From IMG/VR virus record IMGVR_UViG_3300026521_000471, positions 124,001-188,000 of that record: a stretch of 64,000 bases of DNA. One strand, given 5' to 3'. The translations under genes and the position numbers were made by a program. Position 1 is the first letter of the stretch; each line of letters begins with the position of its first letter. Below the pieces are notes generated by a model. It did not search any database, was not told the origin of the DNA, and saw only the letters and a program-made list of their open reading frames with translations. Of the stretch, positions 8,675-19,024 are shown piece by piece.

Positions 8675-10048
8675 GTGAGTGAAATTTTTAATGTACCAGA
8701 AATAATAGAAAATATAAGTGGTGAAAAAGTAAGTTCTTATCTTGAAGCAGAGCATAGAAGTTTTGCAATTTATACATTGCAGCAAAGAGCAATACCTTTC
8801 TTTAATGGGATGAAGCCCGTTCAACAAAGATGTCTTTGGCAATTAAGAGGAACTAGTAAATATGAAAAAGTCGCAAAACTAACCGGACAAGTTATGAGTA
8901 TTCACCCACACGGCGATGCTTCAATTGCAGATTCAATAAACCAAATGGCCGGACCATATTGTAACAATATTTCATTTTTTGATGGTCATGGTGCTTTTGG
9001 AACAAGAATTAATCCAACAGCATTTGGTAGTCCAAGATATGTATCAGCAAAATTTAGTTCATTTGCAAAAGAAGTGATCTTTAAAGATTGGGAAATTGTA
9101 GAATTACAACCAACATACGATGAAACTGATATGGAACCAACATTACTTTTGCCATTAATCCCACTTTTATTATTAAATGGTATTCAAGGTATTGCTACAG
9201 GTTATTCTACAACAATTTTACCTAGAGACCCTAAAGATGTAATTGATAGACAAATAAAAGTTTTAAAAGGACAAAAGATTGATAATCCTTTACCATACTC
9301 TAAACCTATTGATAACTGGGCTATCCGACATGAAGATAATCCTAACAAATATACATTCTTAGGTGAATGTGAGATCATTGATACGAGTAGTGCAAAAATC
9401 ACTAAATTGCCATTTGGTATGACTCATGCTAAGGTTGTTGAATCATTGGCGAAAATGGTTGATAAAGGGCAAATTGTTGATTATACAGACAAGTCTAAGA
9501 CTGATATTGATATTACAGTAAACTTTAAACGAGCAGCTCTCAAAAATAAAAGTGGGGAATTTGCTGCAAGAAAATTAAAACTTTCCGCAGGTATGACTGA
9601 AAGAATAATTGTCTTGGATTCAGAAGAATCTAAAGCAGTCGTAGAATATGATGATGCTGCACAATTTATTAAGGATTATACAGAATGGAGATTAAGTTTT
9701 TTTCCAAGACGATATGAACGATTTATACAATTAAATCTAGCAGAAATCAGTAGATTAAATGATATAGTTTTGGCAATCGATAATAATTTAGGTGGTCAAG
9801 CTAAAAATATTAAAAATAAAGCAGATTTAATTACATTTATTGAGGGTATTGGAGTTATCGATATAGAATATATCGCATCTTTACCAGTTTATAGATTTAC
9901 AGAAGAAGAATATGATAAAGCTAAAGCAAAAATTGCCGAATTAGAAAAACAAAATATGGAATATAATAACATTATTGATGATGTAGATCTCCAAAAAAAT
10001 ATTTTTATAAATGAACTAAAAGAAGTCAAAAAGAAATTTGCCAAATAA
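8675..10048 (+). CDS. type II DNA topoisomerase, GyrA/ParC-like subunit (T4 gp52-like)
   Basis: GMKPVQQR, HPHGDASI, SPRY active-site Tyr, NGIQGIATGY; no C-terminal pinwheel. Confidence 0.92.
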   Translation: MSEIFNVPEIIENISGEKVSSYLEAEHRSFAIYTLQQRAIPFFNGMKPVQQRCLWQLRGTSKYEKVAKLTGQVMSIHPHGDASIADSINQMAGPYCNNISFFDGHGAFGTRINPTAFGSPRYVSAKFSSFAKEVIFKDWEIVELQPTYDETDMEPTLLLPLIPLLLLNGIQGIATGYSTTILPRDPKDVIDRQIKVLKGQKIDNPLPYSKPIDNWAIRHEDNPNKYTFLGECEIIDTSSAKITKLPFGMTHAKVVESLAKMVDKGQIVDYTDKSKTDIDITVNFKRAALKNKSGEFAARKLKLSAGMTERIIVLDSEESKAVVEYDDAAQFIKDYTEWRLSFFPRRYERFIQLNLAEISRLNDIVLAIDNNLGGQAKNIKNKADLITFIEGIGVIDIEYIASLPVYRFTEEEYDKAKAKIAELEKQNMEYNNIIDDVDLQKNIFINELKEVKKKFAK

Positions 10049-10096
10049 TATTTATTAGTAGTAATAAATAAAGTAAAAATATCAGCAGGTTTATAA

Positions 10097-11284
10097 ATGG
10101 CAATTACACAGATAGCAGACTCAAATAATAATATAGGTACATTATATGAAGAGGTATTAAAACCTCTTTATGGTGATGATGCAGATAGAATTTTATCTAA
10201 TACAATATTAATCAGAAGTTTTTTTTTAAATATTATTAAAAAATTTGTTGATTCTGAAAATATGATTAATATTCGAGAATTTTCAACGGATCCTATTATG
10301 TATTACTTAACAAGTGGCGAGTACAACTATGATATTATTAAAGATTATATTACCGACTCAATAGTAATTCCCAATACTACTGATCTAAGTATGTTAAATA
10401 ATCAAATTAATAATTTGGAATATAAATTACCATTAGTAGTCGAAGCTCTATCATACAATAATGTTACTGAAGAATTATGGGATCAATATTTGGATGATAT
10501 TTTTTTATACTACGCTGATGATGCAAATAATCCAGTTCATAAAATTATAATTGAAGATGTCATATCGGTATTCAAGTTATGGAATGATACATCAAATACA
10601 AACCAAAAAGAAATGCTAAAAGCATACAATGCAAATAATAATATTTCGTATGATACTAATACTTTTTGGTTTGAACCATTTAATTCCATATCTAGTAAAT
10701 ATTGGGAAAAGTTTTCATTCGCTTTAACTATTAATGATTATGATATTTATGATTCTAATAATGATACGTATCTAGATATTATAGCGAATGAGTATTTCAC
10801 CAATGGATATTTTGATGAAATAATAATAAAAATAAACTACTACTATTGGTTTGATAATTTTCAAAAAATTACTGATTGGGTTGAAAAAAATCTAAAATCT
10901 GCTCTGGTTTCATATAGATTCAATACAATATTTTCAATTTCTAATAGATATGCAACTACTGAAGAAGCCGAAAAATATAATGACATCGTACGTCTAAATA
11001 CTGAAGATGAGGAATTAACTATGTATAAAGAACGATTACCAATACTCCTTGATACTATTCTTAAAAACCCTCAAACATATGGCTTTGAACTTATTGGTGG
11101 ATATTTTGGTAAAGAAGGATATAGTAATAATGCTGTTGATCAATCAATTTATGATAATGAGTTCAAAGATTATCTATGTGATATAGCTAATAGCTCACCA
11201 TTTAGCAGTTTAAATGATATGTATGTTAGAGTATTTAATGATCCAAATAAAAAAATTTTTATTTGTATTGATAATACCCCTTAA
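10097..11284 (+). CDS. acidic hypothetical protein, possibly structural
   Basis: 395-aa ORF after AATAAATA. Confidence 0.55.
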   Translation: MAITQIADSNNNIGTLYEEVLKPLYGDDADRILSNTILIRSFFLNIIKKFVDSENMINIREFSTDPIMYYLTSGEYNYDIIKDYITDSIVIPNTTDLSMLNNQINNLEYKLPLVVEALSYNNVTEELWDQYLDDIFLYYADDANNPVHKIIIEDVISVFKLWNDTSNTNQKEMLKAYNANNNISYDTNTFWFEPFNSISSKYWEKFSFALTINDYDIYDSNNDTYLDIIANEYFTNGYFDEIIIKINYYYWFDNFQKITDWVEKNLKSALVSYRFNTIFSISNRYATTEEAEKYNDIVRLNTEDEELTMYKERLPILLDTILKNPQTYGFELIGGYFGKEGYSNNAVDQSIYDNEFKDYLCDIANSSPFSSLNDMYVRVFNDPNKKIFICIDNTP

Positions 11285-11293
11285 AGGTAAATT

Positions 11294-11731
11294 ATGAGAA
11301 TAAAAAAATATTACAATAATGTAATTGTGATTTTTGAGACTATTAATGACAATATAATAATTAAACATGAATCAGTTATTTTTGATATAGTATCTACTTT
11401 TGAGGAAACAGCTTTATTAAATAAGAATATTGAATTTGATAAGTTAATTAAATTACAACAAAAAAACCCTAGACATATTTTAATACCTTATAATACAAAA
11501 CCACTAGACAATATACGTATTATGTTAAAAATGTTAAATAATTTTCTAAGAGTTACTAATCAATCTTATGATTTTATAATCGAAAGTATCATTGTACAAA
11601 ATGATATTGAAATATTAGCTTATGGTCATGAAATATATCTTAATTCTATAAAAGATATTACATTTTCACCATTAGCTCGATCGAAATGGTCAAATCCTCA
11701 ATTAATAGCTAAAATATGTAATGTAGATTAA
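11294..11731 (+). CDS. hypothetical protein
   Basis: ORF with AAGG RBS. Confidence 0.55.
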   Translation: MRIKKYYNNVIVIFETINDNIIIKHESVIFDIVSTFEETALLNKNIEFDKLIKLQQKNPRHILIPYNTKPLDNIRIMLKMLNNFLRVTNQSYDFIIESIIVQNDIEILAYGHEIYLNSIKDITFSPLARSKWSNPQLIAKICNVD

Positions 11732-11788
11732 TATTTATTTAAAATTAAGTTTTATTTTAATATAATTATCGAAAATAAAAGGATAATT

Positions 11789-12442
11789 ATGGTTAATAAG
11801 CTCACAATAGAAAATGCTTGGAAGCAAGATCCATTTAAATCATACTATGTTATACAAAATCCAAAAATCGATAAAAAGAAGCAAAAAATATCTGGACTAA
11901 GTATTAAATACGTTGAATATCGTGTTAAAGATTGGGATGATAAATTTGTACGTTTTGAAAAAGTAAATAAACTTAAAAATAAACGATTCGCAGATATTAT
12001 ATCATTCGATAAACGCTATCCTGATGCTGAAAATGAAGTATATGCTGAAAAAGTTTCAAAAGCAAAAACTAAACCGGATACTTATGTTTCGTATGGTATT
12101 TTTATCGACCCACAAATGGCTACGTATCACAAATTAATTAGATTACATAGACTGGCAGAAGATATGGCTGGCATATATAAAGCCTTAAAAAATAATGAAA
12201 TTAATAGTGTAGATAATGAAACTAATAACTCTTTAAAATCTAAAAAGAAAAAAACAGATACAAGTGATAAAGGTGAAGTTATATCTAAAGAAGCGGAAGA
12301 TGATATTAAGTCGGGAGTTAGTAATAAAGTGACGTTTAGCATAGATGAGGTTAAAAAATATTTTGAAGAAATCCAAAATACTGATTACTTTACTAAATTA
12401 GAGGATATTCAAATTGAAAATCCAGATTTAGCTACAAAATAA
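11789..12442 (+). CDS. hypothetical protein
   Basis: ORF after a sigma70-type promoter and AAGGA RBS. Confidence 0.65.
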   Translation: MVNKLTIENAWKQDPFKSYYVIQNPKIDKKKQKISGLSIKYVEYRVKDWDDKFVRFEKVNKLKNKRFADIISFDKRYPDAENEVYAEKVSKAKTKPDTYVSYGIFIDPQMATYHKLIRLHRLAEDMAGIYKALKNNEINSVDNETNNSLKSKKKKTDTSDKGEVISKEAEDDIKSGVSNKVTFSIDEVKKYFEEIQNTDYFTKLEDIQIENPDLATK

Positions 12443-12452
12443 GGAGATAAAA

Positions 12453-12899
12453 ATGGCTAAGGTAACATCTTGTGGTATTGTACCAATAAGAAATAATAAT
12501 GGGCATATCGAAATTCTTTTAGGACAACCAATTAATGGCGGTTTCTATGGTATGGGATTTTTAAAAGGTCAAGTAGAAAATAATGAAACTGATTTAACCG
12601 CTGCATTACGTGAATTTGCGGAAGAAAGTGGCGATCTGGATATTGAATTGATAGATAAAGAGTTGTTTTTTACACAAAATAATCCAAAAAAATTAATTCA
12701 TATTTGGCCTGCAACAGTTCTTGATACGGCGCACAACAAGTCAAAAATTAGAAATGATGGGGTCGTTGAAGATCATGATGAAGAAAATGATTATATTCAA
12801 TTCTTCGATATAAATGATTTACCTATGGTTTTTAGAAATCAACAAGATATTCTCGATGAATTATTACTATTCATCGAAAAGAACAAAAATAAATTTTAA
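12453..12899 (+). CDS. NUDIX hydrolase
   Basis: Nudix box KGQVENNETDLTAALREFAEESG. Confidence 0.88.
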   Translation: MAKVTSCGIVPIRNNNGHIEILLGQPINGGFYGMGFLKGQVENNETDLTAALREFAEESGDLDIELIDKELFFTQNNPKKLIHIWPATVLDTAHNKSKIRNDGVVEDHDEENDYIQFFDINDLPMVFRNQQDILDELLLFIEKNKNKF

Positions 12900-12961
12900 T
12901 CTTAAATTAAGATAGTTTAGATTATAATACATTATTCAAAAACAATATAAGGAATTAAAAA

Positions 12962-14176
12962 ATGAGTCAATTAAATGCGAGTAAGTTTGAAAATAGTTCT
13001 CAATTAGAGAATCTGTATAAAGTAGCGTGTGATACAAGTGTATCTGTTATTGTTGAAGGTGATCATGGAATTGGTAAATCTGAAAGTGTTTATGCGTTTG
13101 CTAAGAAAAATAATTTTCATGTGGAACCCTTATTTCTATCACACCAAGAAGTTGCCGATTTAATTGGTATTCCAACACTTGAGAGAGATGAAAATGGACA
13201 GCCACTTACAACATGGTCAAAACCTATTTGGCTTCATAGAATGGAAGAAGCAGCTGCAAGAGGACAAAGAACCATTCTATTCTTAGATGAATTAAATAGA
13301 GCACAGACTGAAGTAAGACAGGCTGCTCTACAACTTGTACTTGATAAAATGATTCATGAGCATAAACTACCAGATACTGTTGTAAATGGAGTAGCTTTCC
13401 AAGCATTTGTTGTTGCGGCAGTTAATCCTGCAGATGGTTTCTATCAAGTTGATGAACTTGATCCAGCACTAATGGATAGATTTTTACATTTTAAACTTAC
13501 AGTAAACGCTGATAGTTGGTTAGATTGGGCTTCTGAAAACGGAGTACATAAAACTATTATCAGTTATATCGCTAATAGTAAAGATAAGTTATATGTGCGT
13601 GATGAAAATGCTGCAATCTTTCCAACACCAAGAAGTTGGACAAAGTTAAGTGAGCTTCTTCTTTCGTATGAAGATAAAAATATTGACAATCAAGCATTGA
13701 TGCATAATCTTATTACTGGTAAAATTGGATATACTGTCGGTGCACAATTTATGACATATTACAAAGAAAATTCTGTAATTGTTTCAGTTGAAGATATTGA
13801 AAAAATTACTAAAAAAGCATGGCCTTCTGCTGTTAAAAAATATGGTGATGCTACGGTTGAAGCATGTGATATGGTAGCTAAGAAAATATCAAAAGAGATT
13901 GATGAATTGGAAATTCCACTTCTAAAAGAGTTAAGTGCAAACTTAGTAGAAAAGTATCTTAATGATGAAGGTAAAGTTAAGTTTGAAGATGCAAGACCGT
14001 TAATTTGTTATCTACATGCACTACCAATTGAACAGCTAGCAGCAGTTATTAAAGAAATCCAAGTTGAGGATGAAGAAAATAATTCTAAAAGATATGATAA
14101 CCTTGCAGAAATTACACCTCAAAAAGAAATTTTTAGAAGAATTGTGAAAAGAGTTAAAAAACTTTCAATCGACTAA
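12962..14176 (+). CDS. MoxR-like AAA+ ATPase
   Basis: GDHGIGKS, LFLDELNRA, AVNP, LDPALMDRF, PTPRSW. Confidence 0.85.
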   Translation: MSQLNASKFENSSQLENLYKVACDTSVSVIVEGDHGIGKSESVYAFAKKNNFHVEPLFLSHQEVADLIGIPTLERDENGQPLTTWSKPIWLHRMEEAAARGQRTILFLDELNRAQTEVRQAALQLVLDKMIHEHKLPDTVVNGVAFQAFVVAAVNPADGFYQVDELDPALMDRFLHFKLTVNADSWLDWASENGVHKTIISYIANSKDKLYVRDENAAIFPTPRSWTKLSELLLSYEDKNIDNQALMHNLITGKIGYTVGAQFMTYYKENSVIVSVEDIEKITKKAWPSAVKKYGDATVEACDMVAKKISKEIDELEIPLLKELSANLVEKYLNDEGKVKFEDARPLICYLHALPIEQLAAVIKEIQVEDEENNSKRYDNLAEITPQKEIFRRIVKRVKKLSID

Positions 14177-14187
14177 GATTTTTTTAA

Positions 14188-14209
14188 TAGTGGGGATTTC
14201 CCCCCACAT
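14188..14209 (+). terminator. GC-rich hairpin after the AAA gene
   Basis: GTGGGG-ATTTC-CCCCAC stem-loop. Confidence 0.5.
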
Positions 14210-14240
14210 AAATAAGTATAAACCAATAGGAGATAGTATT

Positions 14241-14426
14241 ATGTCTTTAGAAAATATAAGATTCCAAAAAATTTCACTTAATAAGTTTTCTGATAATGAG
14301 AAAGCTGATTTAGTTAAAGAACTTAAAAAACGTAATATTTCTCATCGTTTAACTTCAACATCAATTTTATTTGATGAAAGATATTTAAAACAAGTTAAGG
14401 ATTTGGTTCCACCTTCTTTAAGATAA
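14241..14426 (+). CDS. small hypothetical protein (start probably 14241, not 14190)
   Basis: AGGAG RBS precedes ATG at 14241; the 14190 start lies inside the hairpin. Confidence 0.55.
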   Translation: MSLENIRFQKISLNKFSDNEKADLVKELKKRNISHRLTSTSILFDERYLKQVKDLVPPSLR

Positions 14427-14535
14427 ATCTTTTAAATTACTTTTAATTATTAATTTTGTATAATAATTAAATTACTACTAAAAAAGTACCATATAACTTT
14501 ATATATGGAAAAAATACAAATGGATAGAATCAATT

Positions 14536-15321
14536 ATGAATATTACTCAACCCGAACCTAATTTAAATACACCTCCAAAGAAAAGAAGAGGACGTTTAAA
14601 AAAAGGGGAAAAAGTTACTGCTAGTGGTTATAAAACTATGACTATGGAAGAAGCTTATAAATCTGTTGAAGGTATGAAATATAAAATAGCAAATAAATAT
14701 AAAGTTTTTTGTAACGCAAGTGTTTCATATGAAGATTTAATTGGAGCAGCAAATATAGGGCTTGCATGGGCATATAGAGATTGGGATGCAAATACTGCTA
14801 AATTTACTACTTTCTCACACAATAGAATTGAAAGACAAATTGACCTATACTTATGTGAAATGCTACCAAAATATAAAAACAATGTAGATGCTAAAAATTG
14901 GCTAAGAAGAAAAAATGATGAAAGCTTTAAACAACTTCAAGAAAGAAAAGTAACTAAAGACCCAGAATTTAATGAATTGCATGGTTTAGATGGTAAAAAA
15001 GAATTCACCAAAGAATTATATAATTTATATACTCAAAAAATGGCTAATAAACTATATAACAATGGACAACATCTAATTGTTACTTCGGCAAGTGGTTTTC
15101 AAAATGGCGATAATGAAGATTTCAATATTTTTGATGCTCTTAATGATGATAATGACAATGTTGATATAGAAGAGGAATTTGATATTAATGAATTAGAAGA
15201 TGTAACGCAAAAAGAAATAGCTTCTATGATTCTTGAAGGGTATTCTATTCAAGAAATTGCTAAAAAATTTGGCGTTTCAAAAGCTAAATTAATAAATTTA
15301 GCGGGTGTAAAGGAATTTTAA
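14536..15321 (+). CDS. sigma70-family-like transcription factor
   Basis: Region-2-like YEDLIGAANIGLAWAYRDWD..AKFTTFSHNRI; C-terminal HTH GYSIQEIAKKFGVSK. Confidence 0.7.
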   Translation: MNITQPEPNLNTPPKKRRGRLKKGEKVTASGYKTMTMEEAYKSVEGMKYKIANKYKVFCNASVSYEDLIGAANIGLAWAYRDWDANTAKFTTFSHNRIERQIDLYLCEMLPKYKNNVDAKNWLRRKNDESFKQLQERKVTKDPEFNELHGLDGKKEFTKELYNLYTQKMANKLYNNGQHLIVTSASGFQNGDNEDFNIFDALNDDNDNVDIEEEFDINELEDVTQKEIASMILEGYSIQEIAKKFGVSKAKLINLAGVKEF

Positions 15322-15566
15322 TGTTACCTTCTATAAATGAAAATCAAGCTGATTATGTATTAAGTTTAGTTAAAAATGGTTTGAACGATCTTATTTCACA
15401 TACAGAATTAGATGAAAGTAAAGATTCAATAAAATTTACTCTACAACCAGATTTAATAGAAAAATTTTCTAATAAATTTCCAGATGCGAATTTAGTAGAT
15501 TTGGATAATGTTGTTACTTGGATACTTTATAAATCTATGATGTTTAAAAAGGAAGATGATGGATAA
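15321..15566 (+). CDS. hypothetical protein
   Basis: Translationally coupled ORF. Confidence 0.55.
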   Translation: MLPSINENQADYVLSLVKNGLNDLISHTELDESKDSIKFTLQPDLIEKFSNKFPDANLVDLDNVVTWILYKSMMFKKEDDG

Positions 15567-15954
15567 TACTGTAACTATTAATGCTCCAGATTATACAATA
15601 GATGGAGATTTAAATATTTTAAGTACTACTTTACATAGTGGATCTTGGCAATCGCCATTATTTGATAATGCTACAATCGTATCAGGTAACAGTAATCCAC
15701 TAATTATTGGGGATAAAGATCCCAATGAACAAGAAATTTATATTGTGGAAAAATGGCAAACCAAAGCACCAATTATTATTGATGCCGACTTAATAATATC
15801 ATTAAAAAAAGATATTTTAAGTGAAGATGAATTATATAAAAAAATAATGGATAAAATCAATAGTGATTATCCAGAAGTAGCTCTTAAAATTGGAGCTAAT
15901 AAACTAAGAATTAGAAAATTATCAATACCTATTGAAATAAAGGACAATCAATGA
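15556..15954 (+). CDS. hypothetical protein
   Basis: Coupled ORF with RBS. Confidence 0.55.
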   Translation: MMDNTVTINAPDYTIDGDLNILSTTLHSGSWQSPLFDNATIVSGNSNPLIIGDKDPNEQEIYIVEKWQTKAPIIIDADLIISLKKDILSEDELYKKIMDKINSDYPEVALKIGANKLRIRKLSIPIEIKDNQ

Positions 15955-16319
15955 CACTTTTAGAAATTATGAATGAAAATAATATAGATCCAAATTGGAT
16001 TTTTACACATGCTAGATTACATGATAAAGAAGGATTATTTTTCTTTGAATCCATTATAAAAGAAAATGATGAAGGTGAGGATGAACATTATTTTGATACA
16101 AAATGTATGCTAATTGATGGAGCTCGTCTTGATTATTCCGATGATATGGAAAAAAATTTAGAGCTCAATAGTAAAGATGGTATGATTATCTTATCTCGTA
16201 TAGATGGAGCATCATTGACACTTAAAAAAAGCGATTTTGAAAATTTACCCTTTAAAGTAACGGAATTTGGCTCAAAAATAAATCATTCAAAACCTAATGA
16301 ATTTATTAAAATCGATTAA
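15951..16319 (+). CDS. hypothetical protein
   Basis: ATGA overlap with the previous gene; RBS. Confidence 0.6.
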   Translation: MTLLEIMNENNIDPNWIFTHARLHDKEGLFFFESIIKENDEGEDEHYFDTKCMLIDGARLDYSDDMEKNLELNSKDGMIILSRIDGASLTLKKSDFENLPFKVTEFGSKINHSKPNEFIKID

Positions 16320-16328
16320 AGGACCATT

Positions 16329-17381
16329 ATGGGATGTTGGAATGAAACATGTGGACTCTCACAAAAATCTATTAGTTATGGTGAAGCAGTATATGCCGTA
16401 ATCATTCTAAATGAAAATGCAGTATATAAATCATGCTATGCTAATGGAATGGCTAGACCTTTTTCTTTTTTAATAGAAGGAACCTATGATGATTATGGCT
16501 CTATCGAAAATATTAAAGATACATTTGCAGCAAAATCTTTAGTTTTATTATTCAATGATCTAATAAATGAAAATAAACTTATTATATCGGATGAAGTTAT
16601 GAATCAGAATTACTTTAATAATGAAGAAATTGGCTATGATGGTAAATACTTTGCCCATCCAGAAGCAATTTTTAAATTTATTGAAAGAGGGTATCTAAGC
16701 CTAAGTACAAATTCTTTCGACGGTGGAAAAAATGAACAAACATTTTCTTTTACTCTTTTTGATTGTGATGCATATGATGCCATGAAAGAAGTAATTGAAT
16801 ATAGAGAAGTAAAATATATAGATCTTCAATATGATGTACAAGAATTTTTAAATACCCTATTAAACAAAAATAATATCAATTTAAATAAGGCTGAAATAAG
16901 AGAAAAATTAAAAGATGACAATTTGAGTGATGAAGAAAAAGATATACTTATTGAACTTTTATTCCAGGACCGTAATTCATTATGGGGTGGTGAGAAATTA
17001 AAGTCTAAAGCATCTAAATGGGGAAACATGTTGTCATATTTAAGAAGTTATGAAAGTGTTAATCGAGATGCATTTAATAAACTAGAAAAAATAGTAAGAT
17101 CAACATATAATCAAAATAACAATAACGACATCAATACAACTATATCAGATTTTATAATAACACTCTTGATATTTAATACTTTTAGAAAATCTTGGGCACC
17201 ACAAGGTCATGCATCACAGGATGATAATCTTATTGAAATAATTGATTTCACAGAACGGTTTTTAAGAAAATTATACAAGAAGAGAGATATTTTAAAAGAA
17301 GAAGGCTACTATGAAGATGAAAATGAAGTTATAGGTAGTGTTTCAATATTAGATGAAAAGAAATTACTATGCAATTCGTAA
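16329..17381 (+). CDS. hypothetical protein (MGCWNETC N-terminus)
   Basis: 350-aa ORF with RBS. Confidence 0.65.
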   Translation: MGCWNETCGLSQKSISYGEAVYAVIILNENAVYKSCYANGMARPFSFLIEGTYDDYGSIENIKDTFAAKSLVLLFNDLINENKLIISDEVMNQNYFNNEEIGYDGKYFAHPEAIFKFIERGYLSLSTNSFDGGKNEQTFSFTLFDCDAYDAMKEVIEYREVKYIDLQYDVQEFLNTLLNKNNINLNKAEIREKLKDDNLSDEEKDILIELLFQDRNSLWGGEKLKSKASKWGNMLSYLRSYESVNRDAFNKLEKIVRSTYNQNNNNDINTTISDFIITLLIFNTFRKSWAPQGHASQDDNLIEIIDFTERFLRKLYKKRDILKEEGYYEDENEVIGSVSILDEKKLLCNS

Positions 17382-17866
17382 ATGTATTTGACTTGGATTG
17401 TACCCTAATAGATAGTTCACACAGAATAAATAAATTTGGAGATCCAAAAAAAGGTCTAGATTTAGACTATTGGATCGACCATTCAATATCAGAATTCATA
17501 AATAAAGATAAGCTCTTACCTTTAGTAGAAGTTTTTCAAGAATTTAAGAAAACAAATTTTTCAAACATCGCTGTAACTGCAAGAGAAATGACTAACGCAG
17601 ATTATGAATTTTTAAAACAGCACGATTTACATTTTGATATGATATTACATAGAGAAGATAGCGTTGAATTAGATCACATACTTAAAAGTAGAAAATTAGA
17701 TGAATTATTTGCATCCACAAACTTAAAGCCTTTTTTAGCGTTTGATGATAAAGAAGAGAATTTAGAAATATTTAAAAAATTTGGTTTTACATGTATTAAT
17801 GCTATCGAAATTAATACTATTATGTTAGGCATATCATTAAAATGCAATGCAGAAAAAAATAATTGA
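17369..17866 (+). CDS. HAD-family phosphatase (PseT 3'-phosphatase-like)
   Basis: FDLDCTL motif I, VTAR motif II, K, FDD motif IV. Confidence 0.75.
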   Translation: MQFVNVFDLDCTLIDSSHRINKFGDPKKGLDLDYWIDHSISEFINKDKLLPLVEVFQEFKKTNFSNIAVTAREMTNADYEFLKQHDLHFDMILHREDSVELDHILKSRKLDELFASTNLKPFLAFDDKEENLEIFKKFGFTCINAIEINTIMLGISLKCNAEKNN

Positions 17867-17890
17867 AATAGGATCTTCCCTATTTCAATT
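17861..17890. terminator. bidirectional terminator hairpin
   Basis: AATTGAAATAGG / CCTATTTCAATT 12-bp inverted repeat between convergent genes. Confidence 0.75.
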
Positions 17891-17925
17891 TTTTCCTTTT
17901 TATAGGCAAGGTAAAGGTGTCCACC

Positions 17926-18228
17926 TTATTCTTTTGAAAAAATTCGTTCTGCAAATTGAGTAACAGGTCCTCTAAGAACTTTTTGTAATTCTATACCAAA
18001 TAGATTTACTTCTTCATGTTCTTCTTTTGTAGCATTTAAAAGGGTGGTTAAACCATTAGTATATCTTGTAATATACTGATTATCAATCTGTCTATTTGAA
18101 CCTAATACAATAACTTTACAAGAAGAATCAATACGACTTAATACTAGTTGTAATGTAGAATTACTCATATTTTGAGCTTCATCAATAATTACAATAGCAT
18201 CTGAAAGTGTTCGACCTCTCATACTACC
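17926..18228 (-). pseudogene. orphaned duplicate of the phoH 3' end
   Basis: (GS)MRGRTLSDAIVIIDEAQN...IFSKE closely matches the last ~100 aa of 19010-20437; similarity stops at the Gly codon near 18228. Confidence 0.85.
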
Positions 18229-18279
18229 AAAACTTTTTAATAATTGTATAAATAATATAAAAGGATTAAGGACAAATTC

Positions 18280-19017
18280 ATGATATATACCATATATAAA
18301 ATCACAAATAAACTAAATAATAAAATATATATAGGAGCCCACACAACAGAGGACATTTCCGACAATTATATGGGTTCGGGAGCAATATTAAAAAAAGCTA
18401 TTGAAAAATATGGGTTAGATAATTTTTATAAAGAGGTGTTATATACGTTTACAACCGAAGAAGAAATGTATTTAAAAGAAGCAGAGTTAGTTAATGAAGA
18501 ATTTATTCAACGAGATGATACTTATAATTTAAAGGTCGGTGGATATGGAGGATGGTCTTATATTAACGAAAATAAATTAAATAATACAGAAAAAAATAGA
18601 TTATCAAGATTAAAAAATTTGGAAAAAGCAAATGAAGCAAATAAAAAATTAGTTGCTGAAGGGAAGCATAGAAAAGGCTTTAAGATTAGTGCGGAAACAA
18701 AATTGAAAATGTCGTTAAATAAGAATCGGTCATTTCCTGGCGAAAAAAACCCTCAATATGGGAAAAAATGCGTTAATAAAAATGGTAAAAATTTGATGAT
18801 ATTAAAAGAGGAAGTAAATGACTATATTAAAAAAGGTTGGGAGTTAGGTCAAATACAAAATAAACCAGATACCAAAGGAAATAAAAATGCGTCCTTTGGT
18901 AAAAGCTGGTACACAAATGGTGAAGAAAGTAAATTATTAAGCCAAGAAGAGTCAATTAAATACATTTCTTTAGGTTGGACAAAGGGTAGAACATTGAAAA
19001 AAAGTAAGACTAGCTAG
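18280..19017 (+). mobile_element. free-standing GIY-YIG (Seg-like) homing endonuclease
   Basis: TIYKITN..KIYIGAH, YMGSG, YNLKVGG; NUMOD-like C-terminal repeats; own TATAAATA promoter at 18247. Confidence 0.85.
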
Positions 19018-19024
19018 TCTTACT
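19003..19024. repeat. perfect 22-bp palindrome carrying the stop codons of both convergent genes
   Basis: AGTAAGACTAGCTAGTCTTACT; both proteins end S-K-T-S-stop. Confidence 0.9.
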
